64,000 bases of DNA from Geosiphon pyriformis uo1 (lineage: Eukaryota > Fungi > Glomeromycota), in the NCBI GenBank assembly GCA_016748015.1, contig JAAOMT010000790.1, forward strand, positions 137,479-201,478, read 5' to 3'. The notes beneath the pieces were generated by a model, which made no database searches, was not told the origin of the DNA, and was given only the letters and a program-made list of their open reading frames with translations. A program made the position numbers and the translations under genes. How positions within the stretch are numbered: position 1 is the stretch's first letter; every line of letters begins with the position of its first letter. Of this stretch, positions 50,598 through 64,000 are shown in pieces.

Positions 50598-53500
50598 ATG
50601 AGTAGAAAAAGAGCAGAATCCTTAAAAAATGCCTCGTTGCCACTTCCCACCGCTAGTCGTCCTCAGCCAGAAGATGCTTCGCTATTGAACTACAAGGATA
50701 GGCAAGAGATCAATTTTGTTGAGTGACAAGATTGGGTTAATTTCTGTTTTAACCATATTCACTATCTTTCTAGTGGCATGCTTCTTCTATCTTTAATACA
50801 GTCACGTCAAGCATGGACCTCTTCTACATTCAAGAAATTTTCTTACAGACACGATATTGAATTTAAACCAAAACTACCTGAGGATACCAATCCTAACCCA
50901 ACAATCACATCTTTAGGAAAGTGCAATATCACAATTGGCCCACATACATTCTATGACACTCGCTTATTGGAGGTTATATACGAAAGAGAGGAATCTCTGA
51001 TTCCCTTATCATCCAAAATTGCATTTCCAAAACAGGCATCTGTACAATCGCATCAATCCAGACCTCAACAGTCTATTCGTCCACAGCCACAACCAATAGC
51101 CCCTCAAATTCCATTGCCACCACCTCCTCAGGTTGTAATTCAATCACAAGTAATGCTGCAACCCCAAGTAGTGATACACCAAACCCCTCTGCCTCAAAAC
51201 TTGTCAACTGTACGGCCATCATCAATGAATCGTGTCCTTGCGGCCGCTCCTATACCTGCATCATCTACATCTAATTTATCTAGCAGATCAGTGGCACCCG
51301 CACCTACTACTGAATCTAATTCACCTCCCAACGAAATTGCTAACCGAACTTCAATTCCGGCATCAACACAGATTCAAAATTCAACTTCAGTGTCTGCAAC
51401 CAACAATTCTTATACTACTCCAGGAAACCCAACCACTTCTACTCCACAACTCACAGCATTTATGCAAACAGTTCTTCAGTCTGTAAATCCGACTCAGATT
51501 CTTGCTCTCCAGGCATTACTGAGACAACAACAATCCGGTATTCCTTTAAGCTTGGAACAACGCAATGCTTTGCTTCAACAATTGACTGCACTCCATCAAT
51601 TATTAAGTTCTTCACAACAGATTCAGCCTCAAATCAACCCTCCAGCCACCCAGCCTAATCAAATAAATCAGACAACTCAGTCAATAATACCTCCGATTCT
51701 ACCCTCCCCACTAGTGGCAGCGATCCCGACACCGCGAATCTCCCCAACACAAACATCAACGGTCCCAATACCAAACATAGCGCGAGCACTCCCTTCCGCT
51801 CAAATTTCGCGATCCGCAACTACTCCGGTACTTTCTTCCAAAACTCAACGTCAATTTGTTCGACATGATGTCATAATTGAATTCCGAGAGAATAAGTACG
51901 ATCGATGGCTCTTCCCTAAAGATGCGATTCTTGAGGCTACAACAGCCACGCCTCCGTATGAAGTATGCATTACTATGTTGATAAGATATTTCGGTTGTTT
52001 GAAGGATGATATAAAAAAAATCATCCCAACCGAATTTTAGGTGCTCGCATCGTTTTATCTTCCACAGAATGAGGAAAATTTTCTCGGCCCTCGTCAAAAA
52101 TACCAAGCTGTTACAATGGAGCTGAGTCACGTTTCCCAACCTATATGGGATGCCTTACGGCGATCTACAAATGATTTGACTTTGGCATATCAATCAATGG
52201 TTCCGAAAGTCAGTATACTCTCTATTGCCCCTGATTAATTATTGAGATGAAATAATTGAAACCGTGGGTTTTAGCCATATTTTACAATTTATTCACCAAT
52301 AGACCGCTCATAATCCCCCTCGGGAATATTTGCAATATCGTTTACCATGTGATTATCCTCCGGAATTTTTGGAAGTAGGTAAAAATAAAATGATAAATAA
52401 CCTATCTAAATTTTTAATTCTCTGACAATATTTTTATCTCCAACATTCTAAAAGTTAATCGCTCAGAGGGTGGCAAAACTGGATGGTACACTACAAATTG
52501 AGACCGTACAACCAAGTGTTTCAAGGGAAAAAAAAAGGAAAGCGGAAAAAGATAAGGAGAGAGATGAATCTAAAGAGAAGGAAGTTGATAAAGAAGAAGA
52601 GACTAAGAATAAAGTAAAGGAAAAAGAGAAGGGTAAAGGCAAGGGAAAAGAGAAAGACAAAGATATAGAGGTCGAAGAACTAATTTCGGATGAAGTAAGA
52701 CAAATTATTTGTTGGTTATTCCTCTTATAAATACTAAAACTATTCTTTCGCAGCCGGAACAACAAAAACCCGCTAAGAAAGCCAGGACAATGCCAAAGAA
52801 TACCGAAGGTAATTAATGTACTTTATAAATTACAAATTATTCTTTTTATAGCTGCAGATAATTTCTCATTGTCATTGATAGCGAATTCAAAAATTTCGAC
52901 AACAGCAAATCCAAAGACTTCAGGGAATACGAGAGCTTCGTCATCAGCCACTCCAAAAAAGTCGAAATTGACTCAAGAAACTTCAGCAACCACTGAATCA
53001 ACTAATCCACCTTCCGCTACAAGCGGTGCCAATAAAAGGTGTGCTTATTGTAGTTGCAAGAGCACTCCAATGTGGAGAAGAGGCCCCGATGGCGCTGGTA
53101 AGAGATATTAGTTTATGTTCTGTGCTATTTGCAAAATTTATCAAAGAATTCTGATTACCCATTCCAAAAGGCACCCTTTGTAATGCTTGCGGAGTTAAAT
53201 GGAAACAAGGCAAGATCTTGAGCGGAGCAAATCCCGCATCTGTAAAACCGCGTGTTGTATCGCGCACCAACAATGAAGCTACTGATACCACCGCAACACC
53301 AACTGTGAACCCTAAAGGAAAAAGGAAATTGAGCTTGGCATCTGCTACTATTACTACTCCTTCATTAAGAAAAAAAACCGCTCGTTCACTTTCACTTAGT
53401 GAAGAAGGGACATTCTCGGTTACAGACGAAGATGATGGCCTTGAAAAAATCCAATCTACTACTGCGAGTAAAGTCGCCGTCATTCCACAGAAAGGGCGAC

Positions 53501-54362
53501 GAACATCCACCACTTCAAAGAAAGCGGCTAATTCCCAAGGTAAGGATTTTTGTGATTTTGATTCTGTTAATTGTGGGATTTATTTGGTTTATTTTTAAGG
53601 ATGCCTATTTTTGCATAGTTGAAACTATCAGTCAACCAAGTACCACACCACTCAGTATACTTGGTGGAGATTTAGCAGAATCTCCAGGTTGTATCTGATA
53701 TTCGGCCAATTTAATTTTACTTTTCGTTAAATATTTTAACCTCTTATTTAGACGCGACTTCACCCGAGAAGCTCAGCCCTTCTCGATTGCCTCAAGATAC
53801 AGCAACATTAGGGGTATCTTCATCGAATCTTCGTCCCCATACTGCTGCTCAAACCACGTCGTCATCTGAATACCCAATCTCGTTGAAATTAACTTCAATC
53901 GCTTTTGGACCAAATAATGCTACTTTTGTTCAGCCGAATTGTTCGGTTGCACTTTTTGAAAATTATATCAAGATAAGATTAGCGAGGGATGGTTACGAAA
54001 GAACAAGCATCGATATTTGGAAGGAGAGTATAGAAGACATAGAGTTTATGACAGACCAAGAAACTGTCGCCAGTACACCTTTTTTAACAATCAAAGTATT
54101 GATTGGACAGTATTTGACACGGTAAGAATAATTTCGGGATCCTTTTGTCTTGATGAATATTTTGTGTTCAAGAAACTAACTTAGCAAGCACATTTTCAAT
54201 TCTTGGATTCGAAGTTTCGATCAGGAATTATTAAATCCCGATCGTAACGAAACTCTTGTAATTTTGAAATGTTCGAACGCTGCTTCAACAACAGACAGTG
54301 GGGTGGAAAAAGAAAGCAAAGATTTAAAACTGTTAATTCAGAAATGGTTACAGCAATCTTAG
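50598..54362 (+). CDS. Swc3-like domain protein with a GATA-type zinc finger (multi-exon)
   Basis: KDSGMLLLSLIQSRQAW..F..LGKCNITIGPHTF and VIIEFRENKYDRWLFPKDAILE (Swc3-like); CAYCSCKSTPMWRRGPDGAG|TLCNACGVKWK (GATA C-x2-C-x18-C-x2-C). Confidence 0.78.
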
Positions 54363-54742
54363 TTCGTAAAGTTTCATATTAATATTTTGCCTGACACCAT
54401 GTCAATAACATCGAATTAATCCAAGTCACGAGATCCCTGTAAAAATATAAAAAACATAAGCAGAGGAAGGCTATCGATTCCCATATACAGCAAATGCATT
54501 AACTAAATTCAGATTTTGTTTCCTAAAAAATTTTGAGGGTGTTGGGCTGAAAAACGGGGTTTCTAATGACATGATATTTTTTCTTGAGTGATTGTGACTT
54601 GAGATAGGCAAGCTGTAAAAAAAGGGTTTCAACCACCATTGATGAAAGAATGTACCCTTTTGATTTTATCATCGATCTTGGAGTCACGTACTTTGAATTT
54701 AAATATTTTTTGAATCTGTAATATCTGTAGGATTTCGCAAGT

Positions 54743-55962
54743 ATGTTCCCACGCATTTTTTGCCGATTCGCTAATCCCTCTATTCCATCATTTACCTTAA
54801 TCAAAAAATTAAATCTTACAAACCTACAACAAATAAAATCTTTCAGTACGATTCAGACATCAAATTTTAAAAAATCATATTCCCATCAAAAATCTCGCAT
54901 CCTTTTTTATGTCCTTGGAACAGCTCTAATTGGAGTCTCGGTCTATTTCTCGACAAAACCCAAAACTTCCACATTATCTTCAAATAAATTTACATCGATT
55001 CCGTTAACTCATATTAAACCCATCACAAGAGACACCTCGATTTTTCGTTTCACCCTTCCACGACCATTAACCGATTCATTCCCCATTACATCATGTGTTC
55101 ACGTTAAAGATCCTTCACTGCAGATTTTTCGTGAATACACACCTATTAGTTCATCGGATGAAAAGAATTTTATTGATTTGCTGATAAAACATTATGAAAA
55201 TGGACAAGTATCACGGTATATTCATAATTTGGAGATTGGGGATTTGGTAGAGATTCGAGGTCCAATTTCTACTTTTAAGTATCGAGAGAATATGAACAAG
55301 AACTTGGGAATGGTATGTGATTTGATGTAATGCTGGTCATGTCATAATCTCAACAACAATAATTTTCTCAACCTTAGATTTGCGGTGGAACTGGGATCAC
55401 CCCAATGTAACTTTATATAAAGCTGATTTTGAGAAAAGACCAATAAATAATTTACTTTTAATGAATCAAGTCCCTTAAAAGTACATTTTTCATTTTAGGT
55501 ACCAAATCATCAACCACATTCTCAATTCCCCATCCGACACCACCAATATCTCACTTATCTACGCCAATAAGACAAAAGATGATATATTATTACATTCAGA
55601 ACTTGAAGCATTAATTAGAAAATATCCCGAGCGATTGAAGATCTATTACACGATAGACGTAACACCTTCGGATGAATTATGGAACCAAGGTATTGGGTAC
55701 GTATCGGTGGATATGGTCAAAATTAATATACCACCACCCCAGGCGGATATATTAATACTTGTTTGTGGGCCTGATCCGTAAGTATGAAAAAATGTTTTTG
55801 AACGTACAATCTACTATTGAGACCGTGATATAACATGCCCTTGTATTACTTAGAATGGTTAGAAATGTGGGTGGTGGCAAGGGAAAAGATTGGTCGCAAG
55901 GACGCTTAGGAGGTGTTCTCAAGAATTTAGGGTATAATGAGGGTCAAGTATTTAAATTTTGA
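54743..55962 (+). CDS. NADH-cytochrome b5 reductase (Mcr1-like, N-terminal targeting sequence and TM), 4 exons
   Basis: REYTPIS, IKHYENGQVSRYIHNL..GD.VEIRGP, MICGGTGITPMYQ, LIYANKT..DI, ILVCGPDP, LGGVLKNLGY...QVFKF*. Confidence 0.92.
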
Positions 55963-56168
55963 AGTGAATTCTTAATCAACATTATGTCAGATGATCAATT
56001 GTGGGAGTTATATCTATTTAAAAAAAAGCTAAAACATAAAATGTTCGTTAAGGGATAATCTAGCTGTTTTTGTACGCTTGTTAACTATAGATTAAAATCT
56101 GATTACAGAATAATTTAATAAATAAATATTTTGAAAAAGCTCCATATCTCTATTTCAAGAGTATATCT

Positions 56169-59100
56169 CTATTGCCTAGTTAAAGCAGAAGTTGTTGAAA
56201 AAGTTGGCAAAAGGATTTGAGGCTCATTTATGCAAGTTAAAGAATTCCAAAATTGTTTTTGTGCTGGGTCCTTGAATCGTTGGACAATATTATCTTAAAT
56301 ATAGAAAAAATATGTGTTATAATTAGCTTGCAGGTTTGGATAAAAAATATACAACTATTGTGAAAAATCATTAAATTTTTACCAAATCCTAAACCAGGTA
56401 AAGATTGCGACAGCTCACGTTCCATTTTTGTGGTAATATTAAGCATTGGCTCCAAGTACGCAGTCTTTATGAATGGTTCAAGGTCTTCAGATATTTGTGG
56501 CTGGCAATTTTGTAAGAACATCTCAAGTGCGAACACGAGATGATTAATGGTGGCAATCTCCAGGATTTTTGCAGTTATTTCGAGTTCGTTGATCTCATTC
56601 TGTAGTGCGTCAGGGTCATCGTTTTGCTCCATAGTATCATTCAAGTCCTCATCATTATTCTCTATCTGCAAATCCTCTTTGATTTGATTATATGATGTTT
56701 CTGGCTGCTTGACACCTTGCAAAACATCCTTAATAACTTCGAATAGATCAGTGGTTGGATGGAGGGATGCATGAAAGAATTTCGCACCATTCAATAAGCA
56801 CGCCCATGCTTGATCATAATGCCGTTGTCTAACAGCCAAGATACACAAGGTAACAAAAGCAGCTAGTGTTATCTGCTGTATTCGAGTTCCTGGAACTATT
56901 GAGGAATTCCGGAATTCGGTAGATACATATGGGAACCACTCCTTAAAATCAGATAAGATATCCCTATTGTCAAAAAACCTGTCTAGTTAAATTTTAACTC
57001 ATTGCCTAACATAAATAAAACATATTTTACTATTGAATTACCTGGCCCATTTGATTAAATGTTCTTCGATTACAAGTTGGGGTCTGCTAAAAGCTAAAGT
57101 AGTTAATGCGTAAGAACCAGTTATTAATGCCTCAACCATTTGTTCTGTATTAGTTGCCGATACTATTCCTGCCTTGAGTAAATGGAATGGTAAGGTATAT
57201 GAATCTGTCTCGATGCATCTTGTATTGAAGAAAACAAAATTAAGGAAAAAGGAAGAAAAGCGATAAAAAGCAACGCCTTTACTAGCGAAAATCAAATCGA
57301 CTTTATCAAGGATATGTTATAAGGGTTTCTTCGATATCTGAAAAGGGCATGCCAATGGTATCACAAATTGTTCGAAGGCCTTTATGCAGTTGATCCAAAT
57401 AATCGGTGTAGTAAAGGCTTTTTGCGAAAAGTGTGGTATCCTCGACGATGATCCCGACACCATCTAAAATTTGCTAGAAAGATTTGAAGAAATTTAAACA
57501 GAGCCATCAGCATTAATAAGTAGTACATATTTGAGAGTAAGATGTAATTAGATTACTTGTGATAAGCGCTTCACCAAGGTAAATTTATAGCTGCTAAGAT
57601 CTTTGTCATCAAGTAAAGTTATCGTTTTAATCATTTTGCTACCATCTTCATGGTTCCCTGAAATCTCACTTGCAAAGATATCCAGAGTATTTGAAAGATG
57701 CGGACTATTACTTTTCCATGACAAACTCTGTGGCTTATGGGAGAAAGAGCCTAGTGAAGGACTTTCCAATGACATCGGCTCCTGCGAAAAAATGTCCCGA
57801 GTATAGCTAGTAAGATTATCTGATCCACGAGAAGTGGGTTCATTCCAGCTCCAATCATCAAAATTCATAACGCCACTAGAAATGGCATCGCTGCTAGGGA
57901 GGGGCACGTCAAGGATTGTACTTCTTTTTCGAAGATGTAGCATTTTTTCAGGAGTACTTGAATTAGGTTCAAATGTGAAAACCCATGTTTTCAAAACATG
58001 AAGAGCTAGCAATGGACAACCCATTCGTTCGTATGCGAAAATTGCCCCCAAAACTAAAGAATACTCGGTCTCCATGGATATCTCAGCAGCCCCTCTGAGG
58101 GTTTGTACCGTCTTTTCCTTGAGTTGTTTGTATAGAATTATTAAAGCAGCGTCCTGAATCTCTTTATCATATGTCGAAGGTCCTCGTTTCTCCTTTGGCT
58201 CGTATAATTTTTCAAGAGGTAACTAAATTGTTAAAAAATTGATTAGAACTTCTTCTAAAAATGGATCAAAGCTGAATTTGGTTTGTAAATAATGAGACCA
58301 TTGTAGCTTGAATAGCACGATCTCTTTGGTTCATAATCCAAAATGCCATATGTGCTAGCCAACGGTCACCTGTTCCAACAGCAAGCGGTAGTATATGTCC
58401 TTCAATGATGCTCTTCAAGACGGGGCCATCATCACCTGGGTAAGAATTAAAAGTAAAGGAAATCGTCACAATCAATTCTAAAAGTAATAATTGAAATCAC
58501 TCTGAATATACCTTCGTATACTCGACATATGGCAACCGCTAATTGGAAATCGTCAAGATTTTTCAGACAAACATTGACCGCATCCTTGAGGCGATCACCA
58601 AGCAAGAAAAAGGAAGCAGCATACTCTTGATCGATTGATGAAAAGATTTTTAAATAACATGCAAAGATGATTTGATGAGACAAAGAATATGAAATAATAA
58701 TCAACCATATCGCTGTTTCCCTAGCAAAGCATATGCGTTCTTGAGGGCCGCTGTCTTCCATCTTTGTTCTTCAAAGTCATTGGCAAGAAAGTGCATGATC
58801 TTTCCTTTTTCCGGATGATGATTTGCGGTTCGCCATAATGCTAAAAGTAGTTTTTTTTTGCGTAGCGCTATATAAAATAGAGCAGCATCGGAGGGATCTC
58901 TCTCCTCCTTTGAGAGATATTGGTTTCTGGCGATTATTTCCATTTGTTGGCGCTTAATGAGACAACAGGTGAGGTCAATTTCAAGAAAAAATACCAAAAA
59001 AAATTTCACTGAGCACGTACCACCATCTCTATATTACGTAACCACAAAAAAACTCCGTGAATTCTAGCATCTTTCCATAAAAATTTTCCACCTGAAGCAG

Positions 59101-62100
59101 CGATGCTATACTCGAGTAACAAGTCCTAATCACAGTCAAGAAAAGCTATATATTTAGGTTCATTCAGGATGGTTAGATTGTTTTATGCGAATGATTTTAC
59201 CTGAGATTCACTGTGCATCGCCCAAGTCATATCACGATAACTCAAGCCTGGTGCACGTAAGGTGCTAGCTATTACTGAGCGATTTAGATAATGATAGCGG
59301 CGCATGAAAATCACATAGCGAACCCCATTTTGATCCAAACTTCTTTTTTGACCCTCTACCTAGATATCAAAAATGAGATAATGAATATAAATTTACAATA
59401 AATTTTAGGCTAAATAAATAAAGTCTACCTGAATAATGGTATGAACCAAAGCCAACAATTGGGCTTGTTCAATACTAGAAAGATCAGGTAGCGAGACGCG
59501 TGTCAGCTGTTCACTCAGAAATTCGGCCATCTTGTGGTTGAAATCAAAAATTTCTTCCTGTGTAGGTCTAAATCCAGGGTAAGAGAATAAGCGATACATG
59601 CATGAAACAAGAAATTTAATGTTTTAGAACTACCTTCATGAATATAAATATGAGAATGTTAATTACCCATCGTCTTCGCTTTCAGAATCGAAAAGAATAC
59701 GGTATCGTGTATGTTTAGGTGATGATGTAATGGATTGCTTTAGGCGCAAAAGAGTCTTTAGGAAAACAGAACAACTTCAAAATCATAAATAAAAGTAAAA
59801 AAAAAATGCCTCGAGTTCGTTGAATAATTTGTCAAATGGCACCGGAGGGATGCGTGTAATAGGTTTTTCCGCATCTTTCAGAAGTTTAAGATAATTGTAG
59901 AGGTAAACCAAGATCAACTTTACAAGGTCCATTTTTCCTAAAGGACATTTTTGATATATAAATGATGGATTATAAAGAATATTAGGCCATAGAAAATCAG
60001 ATCTTATATACCCCATAACAGATATTGAAGGAGAAGAGTTGGATGATGATGCGGAAACGGTCCATTTAGATGGTCGATCACATGAAAAAGGGTAGGGAGT
60101 TTTTTATTGAACCCCGTTATCCGTGAAACTAGTTTCAAATAATGTCAAAGTTAAACCAATTCTACCTATTAAATAAATCATTCTCTTCTGGTGGATTTAA
60201 GGAATAGCGCACCTTGCTGAAAACTTTTTTCACTCATCCATTTATTGTAACAACGTAATTGGTTACCATTGGTAAAAATCAGGGTGCCACCCGAGCCCCA
60301 AGATAAAGCAGAAACTGAATCAGGCAAAAATCTATGATGATTAAATTATAAAATCCAAGTTAGTAAGATATTTCTTGTTTTTACGAATTTGGAAGCCTAC
60401 AAGCGAGCAATTATTGGTTATAGTAAGAAGTGTTATTTACGTCACAATGCTTGTGAATTATAACATACTTTGGTATATCAACCTCGAATAGCATTATTCC
60501 TAATGATAACACTGATACGTCGACCTTACGTAATTGCGCATGAATTGTAATATTTTGTGCTGTGGCGATAGCTACCACAAGTTCGGCATTGCAGGTGAAT
60601 AACCAATCTACGTCAACAATGGGCTCACTAATAACGAGTTAAAAGAAAAAATATTAAGATCTCAATCATAGGATTTTCAAATATGTATTTGTGGATTTAT
60701 TAATTTTGTTTTACCGCGATTCTAAAGCATATTCTTTGGTAGCAGGCAGGCGTGGCGTAATGGATTCCCAAATAGACACTTCTCTTCTTGATTCTTTTAC
60801 TAAGAGAAAACAAAGGCAAGTTAAAAACCAAATAAAAATTGATTAAAATAAATAGCCCTTATTACCTAGAGCCACTCGATCATTTGGACCACATTTTATT
60901 AAAGCGCATCTTTTACTCCCTATATCAATTTGAAGGCTAGGGGACCAAATGTCCTCTATAATATCCTGGTCAAAGACAGCTCTTATCTCGGATCTCCAAT
61001 AAGTTACAAAGCCATCATCAGTTAAAGTCAAAAGAACAGGGGTGTTAGAGTCACGGGGGTTCTTATGGCATCTAGAATGGGCTCCGGCCCATTGATTAGC
61101 AGATACAGCCATGACGATATTTGATGAGACAGGAAGAGATTCACGAGATATAAAATGAACTATTGGAAATTGATTATCTAAAATTTATTGCCAAATAGTC
61201 AAACACATAAACTATCAAAAAAGTTATAACTTTCAAATTCAGAATCTGAAAAGCACCTGACTCATTTTGATCAATCTTCCAACAGAAAACGGTATTTTCA
61301 TTTAAACTAATCCCCGCAACAAAAGAAACTGTGTTGCTTGCTTGATTGGTTTGATGTTGAGGAAAAGCGAATAGCAAACAAAGTTCATAATTCGGATCAT
61401 AGCCCTCCAATTGAGCGATTTGATAGGAATGGGTATCCTGACGGCCGCAAAGAAAAAGAATAATTTGTGGTCCATAATAGGCTGCTAAATATCTTCCTAT
61501 ATTGATAATAATGATGTGGGACTTATTTAATTCCTAAATTACAGACGTTTTCGATAAAAAATAGTACTTGAAAATACCTCCAGGCAATAAACAGGCCAGT
61601 TTGATCCCTGAATCAAGCCAGACGGGTGACTGCTCGCTCATCCCATGGCTCATCCGTGTGCCATACTATTGAATTGAATAAGAACGAAATTATCATTGAA
61701 TGAAACAATAAAATTCTGGATGGGAAGTACACACCTGAGGATTTTCCACTGACCAGACAACCACTTCGCCTATGTTCGATATAGAAGCTAAATGATTGGT
61801 CGCAGGTGCTTTGTTCAATCTTTCAATATTACTGTGATGTCCAGTCCAGGAATGTTTTAAATATAATCGCGTGGTCAATCGAGTGTTATCAAAGAAGTCT
61901 GCGAGACTTATGGAATAACAATTAATACGCCCATGAGGATTCTGAGCAACTATGGAAAGCTCAGCGGGCATTATTAACGCTAAATTGAATTGAGTACAAA
62001 AATTTAGGCTCAAGTAGATGCGAAATATAATACGATAGATGTATAAATGATACAGAAACCTACAACGAGATTTTACTCCAAGATGGTCATGAAACACTAA

Positions 62101-64000
62101 AGTACTTCCAGAGAAATAAGTTACATCCGAAGGTAAAAGTGCCTGAGCCATACGCAGCAGTACAAGTACCCGAGGAACTCGACGTGGCCGACTATTCAGA
62201 TGCTAAAAGATAGAAAGCATTAGTTGTTAAAATTTTAACAAAAAAATACGTGGATCGAACCTGAGTATTCTAAATAAAGAAGCAGCTAGCACAATAACCT
62301 GTATAGCCCAGATAATCATGGATCCGTCTCGTTGTACTTGATAGAGTAAGTCAGATTTATCAGCAGCCAAATTCTTCAACCTTACTATCTGTCGGCTTGC
62401 ATGACTTTTATCTGCTTGACCATCTACTAACGCATTATATGCGAGATTAACAGCTTGTATAAATTCTATAGGCTGAATCCAATGAATAGGGGTATAGGTG
62501 CACGGATCAATCTCTGGCGCATTTTCCTCGGAGATGTCTGATAACGCGACCAAAAATTGACTAGGATCAACCACAGTACATATGTAGAGTGTCTGAGGCT
62601 CCTCGGAATTTGTGGCAGCCCAGATTCGACATATACCATCCCTGCACATCGTATAAAGGATATTTTCGTCGGCCTTACTATAAAAAAGTCGTGTAAGGTT
62701 TGAAATATTTCAAGCAATGATGAAATCATTTTTCAAGAGTGGTCCTCATACGTTTGCTGCAAAGAACTTTTTCGCCATGTGAAATCGGTGACAGCTCGTG
62801 GGTGGGAAAGATAGTAGAAGCTAAACTTTGAGTCTCCACCATCTATAGAATAAATGCCCCACCAGACTTTGATTGTTCGATCATGCTAATAACCGAGAAG
62901 ATTCTCAAATCACATATCCTTTTTCTAGAATCACGGATTAATGAGTAAATCAATATGGCAAATCCTCGAATCTTACTTCTCCTGTGGTTGCAAGTAATTT
63001 ACAGTCCGGAGATAGTCTGGCCATAATCACATTCGAGGCAGCTCTGGAGAAATTTTCGCGAATTGAATCAGCAGCGTTGGACACCTTTTGTTTTAATTTC
63101 ACGCTATTGTTTCAATGGTCAAACGCACTTTTGTTCCCAAATTTTGGACCAATCCACTATATTAGAATTTTTCCTATACTTCCATAGGACGATAGTGCCG
63201 CCTCCCACCCAAAGGTATCCTGATGGATAAAATGCAAAAATTAATCGATAATAAAAATCCATTAGACGTGGCGAGAACAATTATCTTTACTAACCATCAT
63301 TCGGATTCCAAGCTGTACAAAAAATTGGAAGATCATGTTTTAAGATATTCAACAAATTCCATCGAGTAGTCTAGCCCATATTCAAAAATAATCTGAAGTT
63401 AAATTCCATATAAAAAGACGCAGCGAGAATTTTTTGACAAAATATTTACCGTATTTTTATCATCGACTTCAGGTTCAAATATAAGAACATTGGATTCAAT
63501 TGTAATGGCAATCTATCAGAAAATGGAACATTGTCAGCAGAGGTAAAATGATCAACGTTTTTAGCACCAAAAGCATTATTTTGCCAAACTTATTGGGCCA
63601 TTTTTGGATCGAACTAGTAATCTTGAGGATTGAATTCGTAAGAACGAAATCAAAAGGCCTAACATCTACATCAAGGATTTTTTTCCAATACAAACCTTCC
63701 CATCTCGTTCGGAGAGCTCTACCGATACGATTTGATGTTCTTCTAAATTTTCCAAATTTCTCACGAATTTTTTAAGACCGATAGTTTGTACATGTTCAAA
63801 GAAACCATTATATATAACAATCTTATCCCAGGTTGCATATAACTAGATAATAAATTATAGTTTCAAGTATGAAGTTAAAAATAAAGTTTATGCTTCTTTT
63901 GCTATTCACAATTGGTTTATTGGTGAAGTGACTTGACTAATGACCAAAGCAACTTACAATAAAACGAGTTTGGTTCCACAACCCAGAGTTCACACTTTGA
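56169..64000 (-). CDS. RAV1: RAVE complex subunit Rav1 (DMXL/Rabconnectin-3alpha family), multi-exon; start lies beyond the window
   Basis: Rav1p_C motifs ERDPSDAALFYIAL, FLANDFEEQRWKTAALKNAYALLGKQRYEYAASFFLLG, AYERMGCPLLAL; N-terminal WD repeats (CRDGICRIW, LSHPRAVTDFTWR). Confidence 0.93.

Overview
Eukaryotic (fungal) genomic DNA with two sharply different compartments. The short introns and gene content fit an early-diverging Mucoromycota/Glomeromycotina-type fungus. The LINE ORF1 sequences remind me of Geosiphon-like repeats, but that is recollection, not a search result. Positions 1 to ~39.7 kb form a CpG-depleted transposon graveyard. It holds nested Ty3/Gypsy LTR elements (4-bp TSD, extra ORF before the PPT), at least seven pieces of an APE-RT-RNaseH LINE family at every stage of G:C->A:T decay, and extremely AT-rich 'ghost' LINEs. 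Two full-length LINEs have been cut at nearly homologous ORF1 positions by an ~11-kb inversion (20736-31710); the evidence is a 5-bp inverted microhomology, restored reading frames and inverted TSDs. A CpG-retaining 269-bp MITE marks the border. From ~40.1 kb to the end is a compact, intron-rich housekeeping block: NSA1/WDR74, mitoribosomal mL49/IMG2, ERG27, a J-domain protein, DUF167/YggU, an Swc3-GATA zinc-finger protein, NADH-cytochrome b5 reductase and most of RAV1. One 20-N gap is flanked by an exact 744-bp duplication (assembly artefact).
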